Assembly: GCA_033977065.1 (NCBI GenBank)
Contig: JAXCHI010000004.1
Span: 256,001 to 320,000 of the forward strand
DNA from: Candidatus Algichlamydia australiensis
GTDB taxonomy: Bacteria > Chlamydiota > Chlamydiia > Chlamydiales > JAJFMI01
Reading direction: 5' to 3'
DNA: 64,000 nt
The notes under the pieces are model-generated. The model saw only the letters and a program-made list of their open reading frames with translations. It was not told the DNA's origin and ran no database searches. Below are positions 41,600 through 51,267 of this stretch, in pieces; the first letter of the stretch is position 1, and each line of letters opens with the position of its first letter. A program made the position numbers and the translations under genes.

Positions 41600-41602
41600 G
41601 CC

Positions 41603-42697
41603 TCAATGCTCCAATAGTACGACATTTTCCCGTTGCCAGTAGAGGTAGACCTTATCGTCATAATCGATATCCTCATGCGGAAAATGCTCTTCATTCTGTT
41701 CAAAAACTTGCAGCATTGTACCGCTTCCAAGCTTCACGTTATACTGCGTTGATCTGCCGTAATAAACGATCGACTGCACACTGCCTTCAACTTGATTGGA
41801 AAAATCTTTTGCGGGCTTTTTAGAGATAAAGATTTTTTCTGGTCTCAGGCTCATCACTACGCTCCCTCCATTGGCCATCCAAGGTTTTTTCTGCGGTACA
41901 TAGACCTTTAAGCTACCGAGTCCCTCTACCTCAACTTCAGGGTCAAGCTCAATATTGCGCATAACCCCGTTTAAAATATTTGTTGTTCCAACAAATTTTG
42001 CAACAAATGAGGAGACGGGAAATTCATAAATCTCTTTTGGTGTACCAATCTGTTCGATTTCGCCATCAGAATTCATAATGGCCATCTGATCGGCTACAGT
42101 GAGCGCCTCAAACTGGTCATGGGTGACGTAGACAAAAGTTGTTTTGAGCTTGTCCTGCAGCTCGATTAACTCAACAAGCATCTTCTCGCGAAGTTTATAA
42201 TCGAGTGCTGCAAGCGGCTCATCGAGAAGAAGAACATCGGGCTCGTTGATGATGGCGCGACCAATCGCCACTCGCTGCTGCTGGCCTCCTGATAGCTCTG
42301 ATGGAAGTTTCTCTACCTGTTTTTCCAAGTGAAAAGCGCGCACAATACGCATCACTCTTTTTTGAATTTCATCCTTGGAAAGTCCCTGAATGACAAGGGA
42401 GTAGGCGATGTTGTCAAAGACGTTAAGGTGCGGGAATAAAGCATAATTTTGAAAAACAATATGAATACGACGTTTATTGATCGGAAGGTGTGTGATCTCC
42501 TTTTCTCCAATCGTAATCGTTCCGCTATCGACCTCCTCAAAGCCGCCAATGAGGCGCAAAAGCGTGGTCTTACCGCAGCCGCTTGGGCCGAGAAGAGCAA
42601 AAAATTTGCCAGAGGGGATAGTTAAGTGAATTTTTGAGAGGATCTTCCCGCTGTTGCCGTACGATTTTGTTACATTTTTCAAGTTAATGCTTCGCAT
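41603..42697 (-). CDS. potA: Polyamine ABC ATP-binding protein
   Basis: GPSGCGKT, VFQNYALFPHL, LSGGQQQR; TOBE-like C-terminus. Confidence 0.92.
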   Translation of the reverse strand: MRSINLKNVTKSYGNSGKILSKIHLTIPSGKFFALLGPSGCGKTTLLRLIGGFEEVDSGTITIGEKEITHLPINKRRIHIVFQNYALFPHLNVFDNIAYSLVIQGLSKDEIQKRVMRIVRAFHLEKQVEKLPSELSGGQQQRVAIGRAIINEPDVLLLDEPLAALDYKLREKMLVELIELQDKLKTTFVYVTHDQFEALTVADQMAIMNSDGEIEQIGTPKEIYEFPVSSFVAKFVGTTNILNGVMRNIELDPEVEVEGLGSLKVYVPQKKPWMANGGSVVMSLRPEKIFISKKPAKDFSNQVEGSVQSIVYYGRSTQYNVKLGSGTMLQVFEQNEEHFPHEDIDYDDKVYLYWQRENVVLLEH

Positions 42698-42881
42698 TCT
42701 GCTATTTTACTCTTTCAAGGCAATTTTCATAAACAGTAAATATTTTCTTACACGTTTAATATTTGTAAAATGTTTTATTTGTTTTTTAATCTATTAAGAT
42801 GGTTCGTTTTTTTGAAAAATATATAGGTTTCTATGTTAAAGACTGTCTTTGAATTAAATGCTCAAAGTTCATTCGTTGGCA

Positions 42882-43045
42882 ATGAACCTATCCAACTAAA
42901 CATGCTTTTGCCTTTTTCCAGATTTTTGGCTGGATTTTGAGCTATTTTTTCAAACAACTTAATTAAGTTGTTTTCAAAAAGATCCCAAAATCCTTCTCAA
43001 AACTGAGAAAAAATTTCAAAAGCAGCTTTAGTTGGATAGGTTCAT
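42882..43045. repeat. 164-bp imperfect palindrome (element P5)
   Basis: 19-bp perfect terminal IR ATGAACCTATCCAACTAAA / TTTAGTTGGATAGGTTCAT; apex AAACAACTT-AATT-AAGTTGTTT. Confidence 0.9.
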
Positions 43046-43115
43046 ATTTTAGGGAGGGTTGAATAAACCCTTAGTTATTGCATTTTACTCGTGATTCCCA
43101 AACAATGTGGGAGTA

Positions 43116-44066
43116 ATGGAAAAGTACAAACTCATCATCGTGGGATCTGGCCCAGCTGGACACACTGCGGCAATTTATGCAGCACGTGCAAACTTAAATC
43201 CTCTTCTCTATGAAGGTTTTTTTTCAGGAACACCTGGAGGGCAGCTCACGACAACAACAGACGTGGAAAACTACCCTGGATTTCCGGAGGGAATTACTGG
43301 TCCTGCTCTCATGGACAACTTTCGCAAACAAGCGGCACGCTTTGGTACGACGATCTTGACAGAAGATGTGGAGTCCATTGACTTTTCCAAACGGCCATTT
43401 GTTGTGAAAGGAAAGAAGACTATTGCGGAAGCTGAGACAGTGATCATTGCCACAGGAGCAACAGCCAAGCGCTTAGATATTCCCGGTGCAGGTGAGGGAG
43501 AGTTTTGGCAAAAAGGGGTAACAGCGTGTGCGGTTTGTGACGGTGCGGCTCCCATTTTTCGTGAAAAGGATCTCTATGTAGTCGGGGGAGGCGATACCGC
43601 AATTGAAGAGGCGGTTTTTCTCACCAAATTTGGTAAAAAGGTCTATATTGTTCATCGCCGTGATGAACTGCGTGCGTCAAAAATTATGGCAGAGCGCGCT
43701 CTTAACCATCCTAAAATTGAGATTGTTTGGAACAACGTTGTCGTGAACGTCGCAGGTGATGATGTTGTGCGTGAGGTAACGTTAAAAAATACACAGACAG
43801 GTGAGGAACAGAAACGCGAAGCAGGAGGGCTCTTTTTTGCAATTGGCCACCAGCCCAATACCGCGTTTTTGGGAGGAGCTTTAGCAACGGATGAGACGGG
43901 TTATCTAAAAGTAGAACCATTTTCTACAAATACTTCTGTAGAAGGTGTTTTTGCTGCAGGAGATGTCTCAGATCATAAATATCGTCAGGCAGTGACTGCT
44001 GCTGGCTCTGGTTGTATGGCGGCTCTTGATGCAGAGAGGTATTTAGTTTCAAAAGGATTAGCATAA
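43116..44066 (+). CDS. trxB: Thioredoxin reductase
   Basis: [27 protein letters not shown] motifs. Confidence 0.98.
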   Translation: MEKYKLIIVGSGPAGHTAAIYAARANLNPLLYEGFFSGTPGGQLTTTTDVENYPGFPEGITGPALMDNFRKQAARFGTTILTEDVESIDFSKRPFVVKGKKTIAEAETVIIATGATAKRLDIPGAGEGEFWQKGVTACAVCDGAAPIFREKDLYVVGGGDTAIEEAVFLTKFGKKVYIVHRRDELRASKIMAERALNHPKIEIVWNNVVVNVAGDDVVREVTLKNTQTGEEQKREAGGLFFAIGHQPNTAFLGGALATDETGYLKVEPFSTNTSVEGVFAAGDVSDHKYRQAVTAAGSGCMAALDAERYLVSKGLA

Positions 44067-44870
44067 GTGCTGCGTCGCATTTTTTTTATCCTTTTTCCTT
44101 TAACTCTCTTTAGTTTGCATTACGATCCTTGGTTTGGACAGACTTGGCTCTTCTACCTAACACCCTCTTACACCTATGACCACTATCCAGATGTTGACAA
44201 TGGGACGCGGAAATACTCCTCAGATGATAACCTTATAAAAGGAAATTTAAATTTCTCTTTTCTCCCGCAATGGGATATTCAGTTTGAGGGAATTTTTGCT
44301 TCTACACAAAAGCTCTCTTGGGGCATGCAAGCAATTGGCACTTCGCTGCGCTATCTCCAGTGTAACGATGTAGAAGGGGATCCAGTGAGTTTAACCTTTA
44401 ATGGCTCGCTTTTTTATGTTCCTGTGCGTTCACAAAAAGATCCCAGCACTCCCTTTCATGCAACGCTTAACTTAGAGCTCGGAGCCGCTCTTGGAAAAGA
44501 GATCGATAAAATTTATAATTGGCGCTATCGCTTTTGGGGTTATGGAGGAATAGGGGTGGCTAATCGCGGTGCTCCTTGGGCGCGCGGAATTCTTGCGCTC
44601 GATGCGCGTATCTACACCCAGCATCTCTTCCGCCTCTTTGGCCATGGCTATTTTGGTATGGGAGGTGTTGAGGAGGTCAACATCGATCGCTTGCGCGGTT
44701 ATGCTAATATTGCTCACCAGTCCGTCGACTTAGGTCTGCGCTACGCTTACGAATTCGAAATTTGGGGGAATTTTTCCGTCGAGTATTTTTATCGTGTTTT
44801 TGCGCATAGTTTCCCAGAATGCATGCATTCTATCACTGTAGCTTATACCCTTCCTTTCTCCCTTTTCTGA
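44067..44870 (+). CDS. Putative outer-membrane beta-barrel protein
   Basis: Signal peptide; aromatic-rich amphipathic strands; C-terminal Phe. Confidence 0.55.
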   Translation: MLRRIFFILFPLTLFSLHYDPWFGQTWLFYLTPSYTYDHYPDVDNGTRKYSSDDNLIKGNLNFSFLPQWDIQFEGIFASTQKLSWGMQAIGTSLRYLQCNDVEGDPVSLTFNGSLFYVPVRSQKDPSTPFHATLNLELGAALGKEIDKIYNWRYRFWGYGGIGVANRGAPWARGILALDARIYTQHLFRLFGHGYFGMGGVEEVNIDRLRGYANIAHQSVDLGLRYAYEFEIWGNFSVEYFYRVFAHSFPECMHSITVAYTLPFSLF

Positions 44871-44872
44871 TT

Positions 44873-44989
44873 CGTATCCTTCTCGCTTCGCAAAATCGAA
44901 AAACGTTCGCCACGCCGTGTTATCTACACTGTCGCGGCGAACGTTTTCCGATTTTGCTTTGCGATAAGAATCCGCTAGGCCGCTTCGCG
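44873..44989. repeat. ~115-bp hairpin repeat, family Q, copy 1
   Basis: Long stem with GTGT-TATCT-ACAC apex and 3' tail CCGCTAGGCCGCTTCGCG; homologous to 63396-63511. Confidence 0.85.
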
Positions 44990-45013
44990 CATGTAAAGGG
45001 GAATTATTTTGAG

Positions 45014-45580
45014 TTAGTTGAAAAGAGTGAATACGTTGCGATTGAGATCATCAATAATCTCACGATTCATCACTTGCATGTTCATTTCTAGCGCTCGTGT
45101 GCTGCTCTTTGCATTCTGATACCAGACATATCCATTGTCTTCAGCTGTACGATATTTTTTTTTGAAAATAACTTTACCATCTCTTTTGACTTTAATTTTT
45201 AGGGTCATACGGCCGTTGTAATGCTTGCCCGTATCACAGTAGAGATCGTAAATATTTCCTTGTATTTCTGTTTCTGCATTGCTCCCAGAGCCAGTGACAG
45301 TGTAGCCAGAGCGCTCTAACTCTTCTCGAAGGGAGCTTGTGGCCCACTTGACTACGTCATTTCGAGCTACAAGTTTTACTGTCGGGATATTGTAATCGTT
45401 GCGGAAATGTCCCACGAGGTCTTTTGCGTGGCGTGAGTCTTTAAAATCGAGAAGTTTTATAACAACGGAATTTTTTGGTTGCTCTTCAAGTAGAGGTTCA
45501 TAAGTAAGGGTTGTTCTGTTTGTACTGCAGCTTGTAAATAGTGTAGTTATCGTTCCAAGGATTAAAATAGTACTTTTCAT
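45014..45580 (-). CDS. Lipoprotein (YajG-like)
   Basis: MKSTILILGTITTLFTS-C lipobox; 'DFKDSR' and 'SLREELERSGY' pattern. Confidence 0.6.
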   Translation of the reverse strand: MKSTILILGTITTLFTSCSTNRTTLTYEPLLEEQPKNSVVIKLLDFKDSRHAKDLVGHFRNDYNIPTVKLVARNDVVKWATSSLREELERSGYTVTGSGSNAETEIQGNIYDLYCDTGKHYNGRMTLKIKVKRDGKVIFKKKYRTAEDNGYVWYQNAKSSTRALEMNMQVMNREIIDDLNRNVFTLFN

Positions 45581-45660
45581 ACAAAAATAATCGCATGATA
45601 AAGGGGTTGTTGTCAATTACTTAAGGAAACAAGGGGGTGCCAACTTGAATATCAATTAAC

Positions 45661-46611
45661 CTAGAAGTAATAAAAGTATTCGAGAATAGCGCTGACAAAA
45701 GCTTCCGAGTTGCGGCCAGCAACTGTAAACCAGGCGCCACCTGCCATACTCATGTTTTGATTAAAGTTGTATTCTAAGCTAGGAGCTAAACTGAGTTGTT
45801 CGGAAGAGGGAAGCCCTACTTTTGCAGGCAAGCCATCGAGAGTCACACCGCGATCTCCCTTAAAAGAAGCGCTGTTTGTATGCAAGTAGAATACATTTGT
45901 ACCTATTTCCCAATGTTTATCAAGAGTCACTTCTACTCCAAGGCTGGCGACATACTCCATTCCAGGGTTGACCCGCCCCTTTGTTTCAAAACCGCCACCG
46001 TAAACGTTAAAACCACGAACGGAGAGCTCATTTGGAAAGAGTGTCCAGATATTGAGATTAATGTTGAAAGGGTGTTTCGGAAAGGTATAGAAGATTTTTT
46101 GCCATACTGCTATGAGATAGGTGGTAACAGAGCCACTCCCACTTGCATCACTTAAGTTTTTTTCGGGGTTTAGTTTTTCAAATTTTCCTGTAGGATAAGT
46201 CTGCCCCACTACGATGCGGAAATCGGGTATCCATGTATCTTTGATATCACTTGAGATTTGAAAGCCAAAGAGTGCCCAAGTATCTTCATAACGCCAAGAA
46301 GAGAAACCATCGATATGAGTGTAGAATCCTCCAACAATTAAATTGAAATCGATAAAATCCGTAATTCCTGTTTCTAAACTTAAAATAAGTTCAACTTCAT
46401 TGACATTTTTCTGGTTTTGTTTTTTCCAGTTGCTATCGTAGGCACCGTAGAAATGTGTAACAAAAAATAAGGGTTCAAAAACAAGGCGTCCAGGCGCTGC
46501 ATTTTGCGAGTAAAAATTGAGGAGAGTGCCCGCATAAATCGGCTTATACTCCTCATCCTGATCAGCCATTAACTGCAAACTAAAAAAAAGAAAAAAAAGC
46601 CACTTCTTCAA
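45661..46611 (-). CDS. Putative outer-membrane beta-barrel transporter (MetA-pathway-like)
   Basis: Signal peptide, 'PTGKFE...GSGS' motif, C-terminal YYF. Confidence 0.6.
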   Translation of the reverse strand: MKKWLFFLFFSLQLMADQDEEYKPIYAGTLLNFYSQNAAPGRLVFEPLFFVTHFYGAYDSNWKKQNQKNVNEVELILSLETGITDFIDFNLIVGGFYTHIDGFSSWRYEDTWALFGFQISSDIKDTWIPDFRIVVGQTYPTGKFEKLNPEKNLSDASGSGSVTTYLIAVWQKIFYTFPKHPFNINLNIWTLFPNELSVRGFNVYGGGFETKGRVNPGMEYVASLGVEVTLDKHWEIGTNVFYLHTNSASFKGDRGVTLDGLPAKVGLPSSEQLSLAPSLEYNFNQNMSMAGGAWFTVAGRNSEAFVSAILEYFYYF

Positions 46612-46692
46612 CTGCTACTCACAAAGAATTTATACGGACTATACACGATTTGCCTATTTGTGCTACAGTCTCGCAATTACAATGGAGAAATT

Positions 46693-47106
46693 ATGTACTC
46701 AAGGTTAGTAGCAGGAGCTGGATCTCTTCTTTTAGGGGGTGGGGCTGTGTTTAGTTATACTAGAAAGTCTCATAACTCAAAAATGCAATTGATTGCTACT
46801 CATGCTATTGAGCTAGCAAAAACGCACTTAACAGAAGATCCTAATGCATTGAAAGAGTATCGTCGGATTTGTAGTAAAGTGTTAGAACAGAAATTGGAAG
46901 ATGGTAAAATTCCACAGCGAGGTGTTGAAGTTAAATTACCGGATAATAGTGAAAACATTTCCTATTTTTCCCTTGTATTAAGGAACGAATTTCCAAAAAC
47001 AAATAGTAGCTTATGCTGCTTCTTTTTACAAACTGGTCCAGATACTTATCGTGTAGCAACAGATTATGATGGTGAACCTTGTAAAAGAGTGGAAGTTAAA
47101 GTATGA
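46693..47106 (+). CDS. Hypothetical protein with N-terminal hydrophobic anchor
   Basis: GGAG RBS before ATG 46693; no recognised domain. Confidence 0.55.
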   Translation: MYSRLVAGAGSLLLGGGAVFSYTRKSHNSKMQLIATHAIELAKTHLTEDPNALKEYRRICSKVLEQKLEDGKIPQRGVEVKLPDNSENISYFSLVLRNEFPKTNSSLCCFFLQTGPDTYRVATDYDGEPCKRVEVKV

Positions 47107-47145
47107 AAGCTTGATTAAAATTTCGTAAAGGAGTTTGATGGAGCG

Positions 47146-47937
47146 ATGTGCATAGAAGTTGTTGACGGTGATGTTGAGGATGGAAGTTTCATTGTTGGGG
47201 ATATTGAAGATGAAGAGCTTTCCGATGTTTCTCTAATTTTTTGTAATGGTATCGCCAATACAAGAAGTGATGCCATTCGAAAAGCGGGGTATATCTCTGA
47301 GGAATTTAGAGGTAAACATGTCTTTTGTCGCTACAATCCTACTGAACTACTTTCGTGGATTATCACGCGTTTTTGGTCTTCACTTAACCGATTGAAAGAG
47401 ACAAAAAACGATGAATCTAACGCGATCGTTCAAAATCTTGCAGATCGTATTTTTAAAGAGCTGCAAAAAGAGAACAAGAGAGTCCTTTTGATTGCTCATA
47501 GTCATGGAGTTTTTATCGCAAACCGCGCGTTAAAAGATAAGCGTTTAGATGCAGTGAGAGAGCGCATTGAAGTGCACGCTTTTGCAGGCGCTAAAATCAT
47601 GAAAAGCGACCGTGCAGGTCGCGTGTGGAACTACGTTTGCGGATCGGCAATCATCTCCCACTTTGCTAACTGGATTTATCACAAAAAAGAGACCTTCGAA
47701 ATTATCAAAGAGCTTCGCCTGGGGCGCACTTGTGAAGAAGCTGCGCGCAATGTAGTTGCAAAGCGCAATTCTGCTGACGGTATTGAGCCTCTATCTGAAT
47801 ACGAAGAGTGCCTACGCAAAGCGAAAAAATATAATATTTCAATTCTCCCTTCGCGCAATTGGCTCTCTTATCGCGACCACTCACTTGTGACCTTCCTTCC
47901 TGAAATTCGCCGCATTGCACAAGAGTGTTTCCCTTAA
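47146..47937 (+). CDS. Alpha/beta-hydrolase-like protein (DUF687-like)
   Basis: IFCNGI-x-N, YNPT, LIAHSHG nucleophile elbow, late DHS. Confidence 0.6.
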   Translation: MCIEVVDGDVEDGSFIVGDIEDEELSDVSLIFCNGIANTRSDAIRKAGYISEEFRGKHVFCRYNPTELLSWIITRFWSSLNRLKETKNDESNAIVQNLADRIFKELQKENKRVLLIAHSHGVFIANRALKDKRLDAVRERIEVHAFAGAKIMKSDRAGRVWNYVCGSAIISHFANWIYHKKETFEIIKELRLGRTCEEAARNVVAKRNSADGIEPLSEYEECLRKAKKYNISILPSRNWLSYRDHSLVTFLPEIRRIAQECFP

Positions 47938-47979
47938 ACATTTATTTTGCAATAGTGAGGGCATTCCAGGGAGGAATTT

Positions 47980-48534
47980 ATGGTTATGTATTTCTATCTA
48001 GCGACAGCACTGCTTGCATCACCCTTGCTAGCTCTACCACTTAGCAATAAAACGGATAGTATGGTCTACCGTTTTTTAGATCGCTATGACAATCATGTGC
48101 AAAGGGAGAAGCTAACCTATATCGGTCCCATGACAAGTTGGGGGTCACAAATTGGAAATTTTGGGGTTCATGTAATGTCTCGTGAGTATTTGAACGAGGA
48201 TCAAGCGCGTGAGCGCTTTCAAAAAGCTGTAGAGGACTTTGTTGACCAAGCGAACCGTGACCCTAAAATGAAAAATTTGATTAAGCCTTTTCCACTTACA
48301 GTTGATCGTGTTGAATTTAAGCTCAGTTTTTGGGGTAAAGAGATGGAGCGTCCTGAGCGTCCTCACGTGGCGCAGATGTTCATGAAAAATGGGCATGTAG
48401 AAATTTCATACAAAGAAAATGCGAGTGAGTTTTTAGATAGTGAAGTTGTGAGCGAATCGTATGAAAAGATGATTGAGAAGATTAAGATCTTTACTGCTAT
48501 TCCTGATCAGAAGGAGGAGCGCGCATCTTCTTGA
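47980..48534 (+). CDS. Hypothetical exported protein
   Basis: GGAGG RBS; signal peptide. Confidence 0.6.
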   Translation: MVMYFYLATALLASPLLALPLSNKTDSMVYRFLDRYDNHVQREKLTYIGPMTSWGSQIGNFGVHVMSREYLNEDQARERFQKAVEDFVDQANRDPKMKNLIKPFPLTVDRVEFKLSFWGKEMERPERPHVAQMFMKNGHVEISYKENASEFLDSEVVSESYEKMIEKIKIFTAIPDQKEERASS

Positions 48535-48904
48535 TGCTACTGCGCTGGTGCTTCTCTTCTAATATTTTCTCTTTAGTGCGCCGCGAGCGGCGCTTTTTTT
48601 GTTTTCGAATTTTAGCTATCTCTTTGGCAGCCGCTGACTCTTTTTCAAAGAGGCGATTTTCCATCTCCTCACAAAGTCGCTTACGTGCTAAATAGCGATT
48701 TAAAGCGCGCGAGCGCTCTTGCTGGCACTTCACCTCAATCCCTGATGGGAGATGTTTCAAATAGACGCATGTGTGGCTTTTATTGACTTTTTGGCCACCA
48801 GAGCCCGACCCCAGAATAAACTTCTCGACAAGGTCATCCTCTTCAATCCCTAGCTTCTTCATTCGCGCTGCAAGCGCTTCTTCTTTAGATTTTTTTGTTG
48901 TCAT
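48497..48904 (-). CDS. GGQ-motif peptidyl-tRNA hydrolase / ribosome-rescue factor (RF-1 domain, ArfB-like)
   Basis: GSGSGGQKVNK, CQQERS, basic C-terminal tail; no codon-recognition domains. Confidence 0.85.
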   Translation of the reverse strand: MTTKKSKEEALAARMKKLGIEEDDLVEKFILGSGSGGQKVNKSHTCVYLKHLPSGIEVKCQQERSRALNRYLARKRLCEEMENRLFEKESAAAKEIAKIRKQKKRRSRRTKEKILEEKHQRSSIKKMRAPPSDQE

Positions 48905-48906
48905 AC

Positions 48907-49012
48907 AGAACTTTGCCTCTTTTGACTATTTTGCATGCTATTGCAAAATAGTCATGACTTTTCCGCAATAGCTTGCGGAAAAGTCAATTGAAAACATTTG
49001 GTTCAGAGTTCT
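48907..49012. repeat. Twin-hairpin element (two abutting 32-bp hairpins inside short outer IRs)
   Basis: TGACTATTTTGCA-TGCTAT-TGCAAAATAGTCA followed directly by TGACTTTTCCGCA-ATAGCT-TGCGGAAAAGTCA; outer AGAACTTTG / CAGAGTTCT. Confidence 0.8.
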
Positions 49013-49081
49013 AAAAAATTCAAGTTACCACGAAAAATCGATTGAATTTTAATTCGAAGACATTCTCTAAACTTAAGTTCT

Positions 49082-49708
49082 CTAAGTTTCTAAAAAGAAA
49101 AAGTCATGTTTTTGATGAAATTCAATATACTTTTCCTCATAAGGTTTTCCTTCTGACTTGTTTTTAGATTCAGCAAGGACTTTTGTTTTGAATTTGGTAA
49201 ACACAAGAACTTTCTCTAATAGATTAGCTGCCTCACAGACCAGGCCGGCTCCAACTATAATCTCAAATCTTTTGGTAATACCATTATAAAACGATATTAA
49301 TTCATCTTTTTGAAGTGGTTTAGCAAAAGCATGAACGTTATTCATAGTGTTGCTAATTACATAATCACAATACTGTAATAATGAAGAGTCATTACGGTAA
49401 GTCTCTTTCCATTCACACTCTTGCCAAGGAGAATATACAATAGAAATGGCTTTGCTTTTTTCCCATTGTTTTACATCAAAAAAATAGCTGGTATCAGGCT
49501 GAGGTATTGTTTCACATTTTATCCATTCAGTCCACGTTAATTTATTGGGTTCTACTCCATGTAATAACCATATTTGATAATCTTCAGTGATCATTATTGC
49601 CTGTTCATCCACCGGAAAAACCTTCCATATAAGTTTTTCTTCTGCCATACTCCGTCTGCAGACTAATACTAAAAGTAGGAATATTGCACTTTTTACGACT
49701 TGCCTCAT
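49082..49708 (-). CDS. Hypothetical exported protein (AT-rich)
   Basis: GAGG RBS; signal peptide-like N-terminus; no recognised domain. Confidence 0.55.
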   Translation of the reverse strand: MRQVVKSAIFLLLVLVCRRSMAEEKLIWKVFPVDEQAIMITEDYQIWLLHGVEPNKLTWTEWIKCETIPQPDTSYFFDVKQWEKSKAISIVYSPWQECEWKETYRNDSSLLQYCDYVISNTMNNVHAFAKPLQKDELISFYNGITKRFEIIVGAGLVCEAANLLEKVLVFTKFKTKVLAESKNKSEGKPYEEKYIEFHQKHDFFFLET

Positions 49709-49769
49709 TTTATACCTCTTTTCAGTCCGTCCGTTATTTTAGTGGTTGTTCAATACTATGTGTAGGTAT

Positions 49770-50135
49770 TTATGAAGACCAGAAAGCGATAGCTGTGGCA
49801 AAAGTCTTGCAGTGGGAGATAGAGATTTGGAATTGGGGGTTTTGAAAGGTTTTCTTGGCAGCTTCGGAGAAGTAGAGGAGAGGTTTGCCAGAAGGGGAGG
49901 GGAGAATTTCCATATCAAGCCAGGAGAGGTGCTCACCGATTCCGCAGCCGAGCGCTTTGGAAATGGCTTCTTTTGCAGCGAAGCGACCTGCAAAACTATT
50001 TGAGGAATTTTTTTGACTATTGCAGTAAGCGCGTTCTTTTTCTGTAAAGACACGTTTGAGAAAGTGATCGCCGTATTTGTCAATTGATTGCCTAATGCGC
50101 ACAATTTCAATAATGTCGTTGCCTATCCCTTTCAT
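49770..50135 (-). CDS. acpS: Holo-ACP synthase
   Basis: GIGNDI, AGRFAAKEA, ISISH motifs. Confidence 0.96.
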   Translation of the reverse strand: MKGIGNDIIEIVRIRQSIDKYGDHFLKRVFTEKERAYCNSQKNSSNSFAGRFAAKEAISKALGCGIGEHLSWLDMEILPSPSGKPLLYFSEAAKKTFQNPQFQISISHCKTFATAIAFWSS

Positions 50136-51172
50136 TGTGAGCTGTCTTCAAGAAGGTTACAGAAGATAATGCGGCCGGAGGTGGTATGGTTAACAGAGAG
50201 CACTGTAACATCAATTGTTTGGTTGATAAAGTCGCCGCCTCCATTGACGACAACCATGGTGCCATCCTCTAGATAACCGACACCTTGACGAGGCTCTTTT
50301 CCTGGGCGCTGGATTTTGATTTTCATTACCTTACCGCTTTCTGTCAACGGTTTTAAGGCGGTAGAAAGAGCGTGCATGTTGATAAATCGTGTGCCATTGG
50401 TTTCAGCATTCTGCATGCGCGTGATGTCAGCTGTAATGATATTGGCATCAAGTAGTCTTGCCAAGCGCAAAAGTTTTAAAACAATTTGTTGCTCTTCAGG
50501 GAAGTCGGTGTCGTTATAGCGAAGACTAAGGTTAGGAAGGTCTTCCAATTTCTCTATCACGTCAAGAGATCGCTTTGCACTCTCTTTTGCCGCTTCATCA
50601 TGTCCTTCTGTGTCTGCGTAAAGCTCTTTGATTAAAAAGCGGGGAAGGATGAGCTGATGGTCAAGGAGTCCTGTTGTACAGAGATCGATAAGGCGTGGAT
50701 CGGAAAGCACGGTACTATCAAGCAGGATGTCTTTTTTCTTTTCAGCCTTTGGGGTGAGCTTAACAAAAGGAATGCTAATGTAGATTTCATCTGAAGAGCG
50801 CAGAGTCATAATCGTTCCTAGGTAAATTCCAAAGAGAAAGAGTCCAATTTCAATGATTTCTATTGTTCTGGGACCAAGAGTAACTGAGGCAGCACTTATA
50901 TCGAGAATTGCACTAAAAATTAAGGTAAGTGCCAAACCCATTAAATACCCTACAAAGAGTCCGATAATGGAGATATTGAAGGCGCGTAGATTAAAGCGCC
51001 TAAAGAGAACATCAAAGCCAATGAAAAGGGCGGTCAGTAGCAGGCCCATTCCAGCACCGATTGCAAAATTCAGAGGGATCATAGCACCCTCACCTGAGAC
51101 CATATAAACGGTCATAAAAAATATGCTAAGGATAGCAAAAAATATTCTAGTAAAGATTAGCGACAAATTCAC
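50132..51172 (-). CDS. Membrane protein with PIN and TRAM domains (YacL-like)
   Basis: N-terminal TM helices, 'LLDSTVLSDPR' PIN-like segment, 'GKEPRQGVGYLEDGTMVVV' TRAM motif. Confidence 0.85.
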   Translation of the reverse strand: MNLSLIFTRIFFAILSIFFMTVYMVSGEGAMIPLNFAIGAGMGLLLTALFIGFDVLFRRFNLRAFNISIIGLFVGYLMGLALTLIFSAILDISAASVTLGPRTIEIIEIGLFLFGIYLGTIMTLRSSDEIYISIPFVKLTPKAEKKKDILLDSTVLSDPRLIDLCTTGLLDHQLILPRFLIKELYADTEGHDEAAKESAKRSLDVIEKLEDLPNLSLRYNDTDFPEEQQIVLKLLRLARLLDANIITADITRMQNAETNGTRFINMHALSTALKPLTESGKVMKIKIQRPGKEPRQGVGYLEDGTMVVVNGGGDFINQTIDVTVLSVNHTTSGRIIFCNLLEDSSQ

Positions 51173-51229
51173 GGCAGGTGTCCCTTATTAATCCATTATT
51201 TATTACTATGCTATAGAAAGAGGTTTTTT

Positions 51230-51267
51230 TAAGGAAGGACTGAACAATCTGGTTCAGTCCTTCCTTA
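51230..51267. repeat. 38-bp hairpin resembling the joined termini of element P4
   Basis: TAAGGAAGGACTGAAC-AATCTG-GTTCAGTCCTTCCTTA (16-bp perfect IR), versus P4 end AGGAAACACTGAAC. Confidence 0.7.

Noticed and set aside
42833..42940. Short ORF (MLKTVFELNAQSSFVGNE...) running into P5
   Set aside because: Only 35 codons, and still very short if P5 is removed; no support for an interrupted gene.
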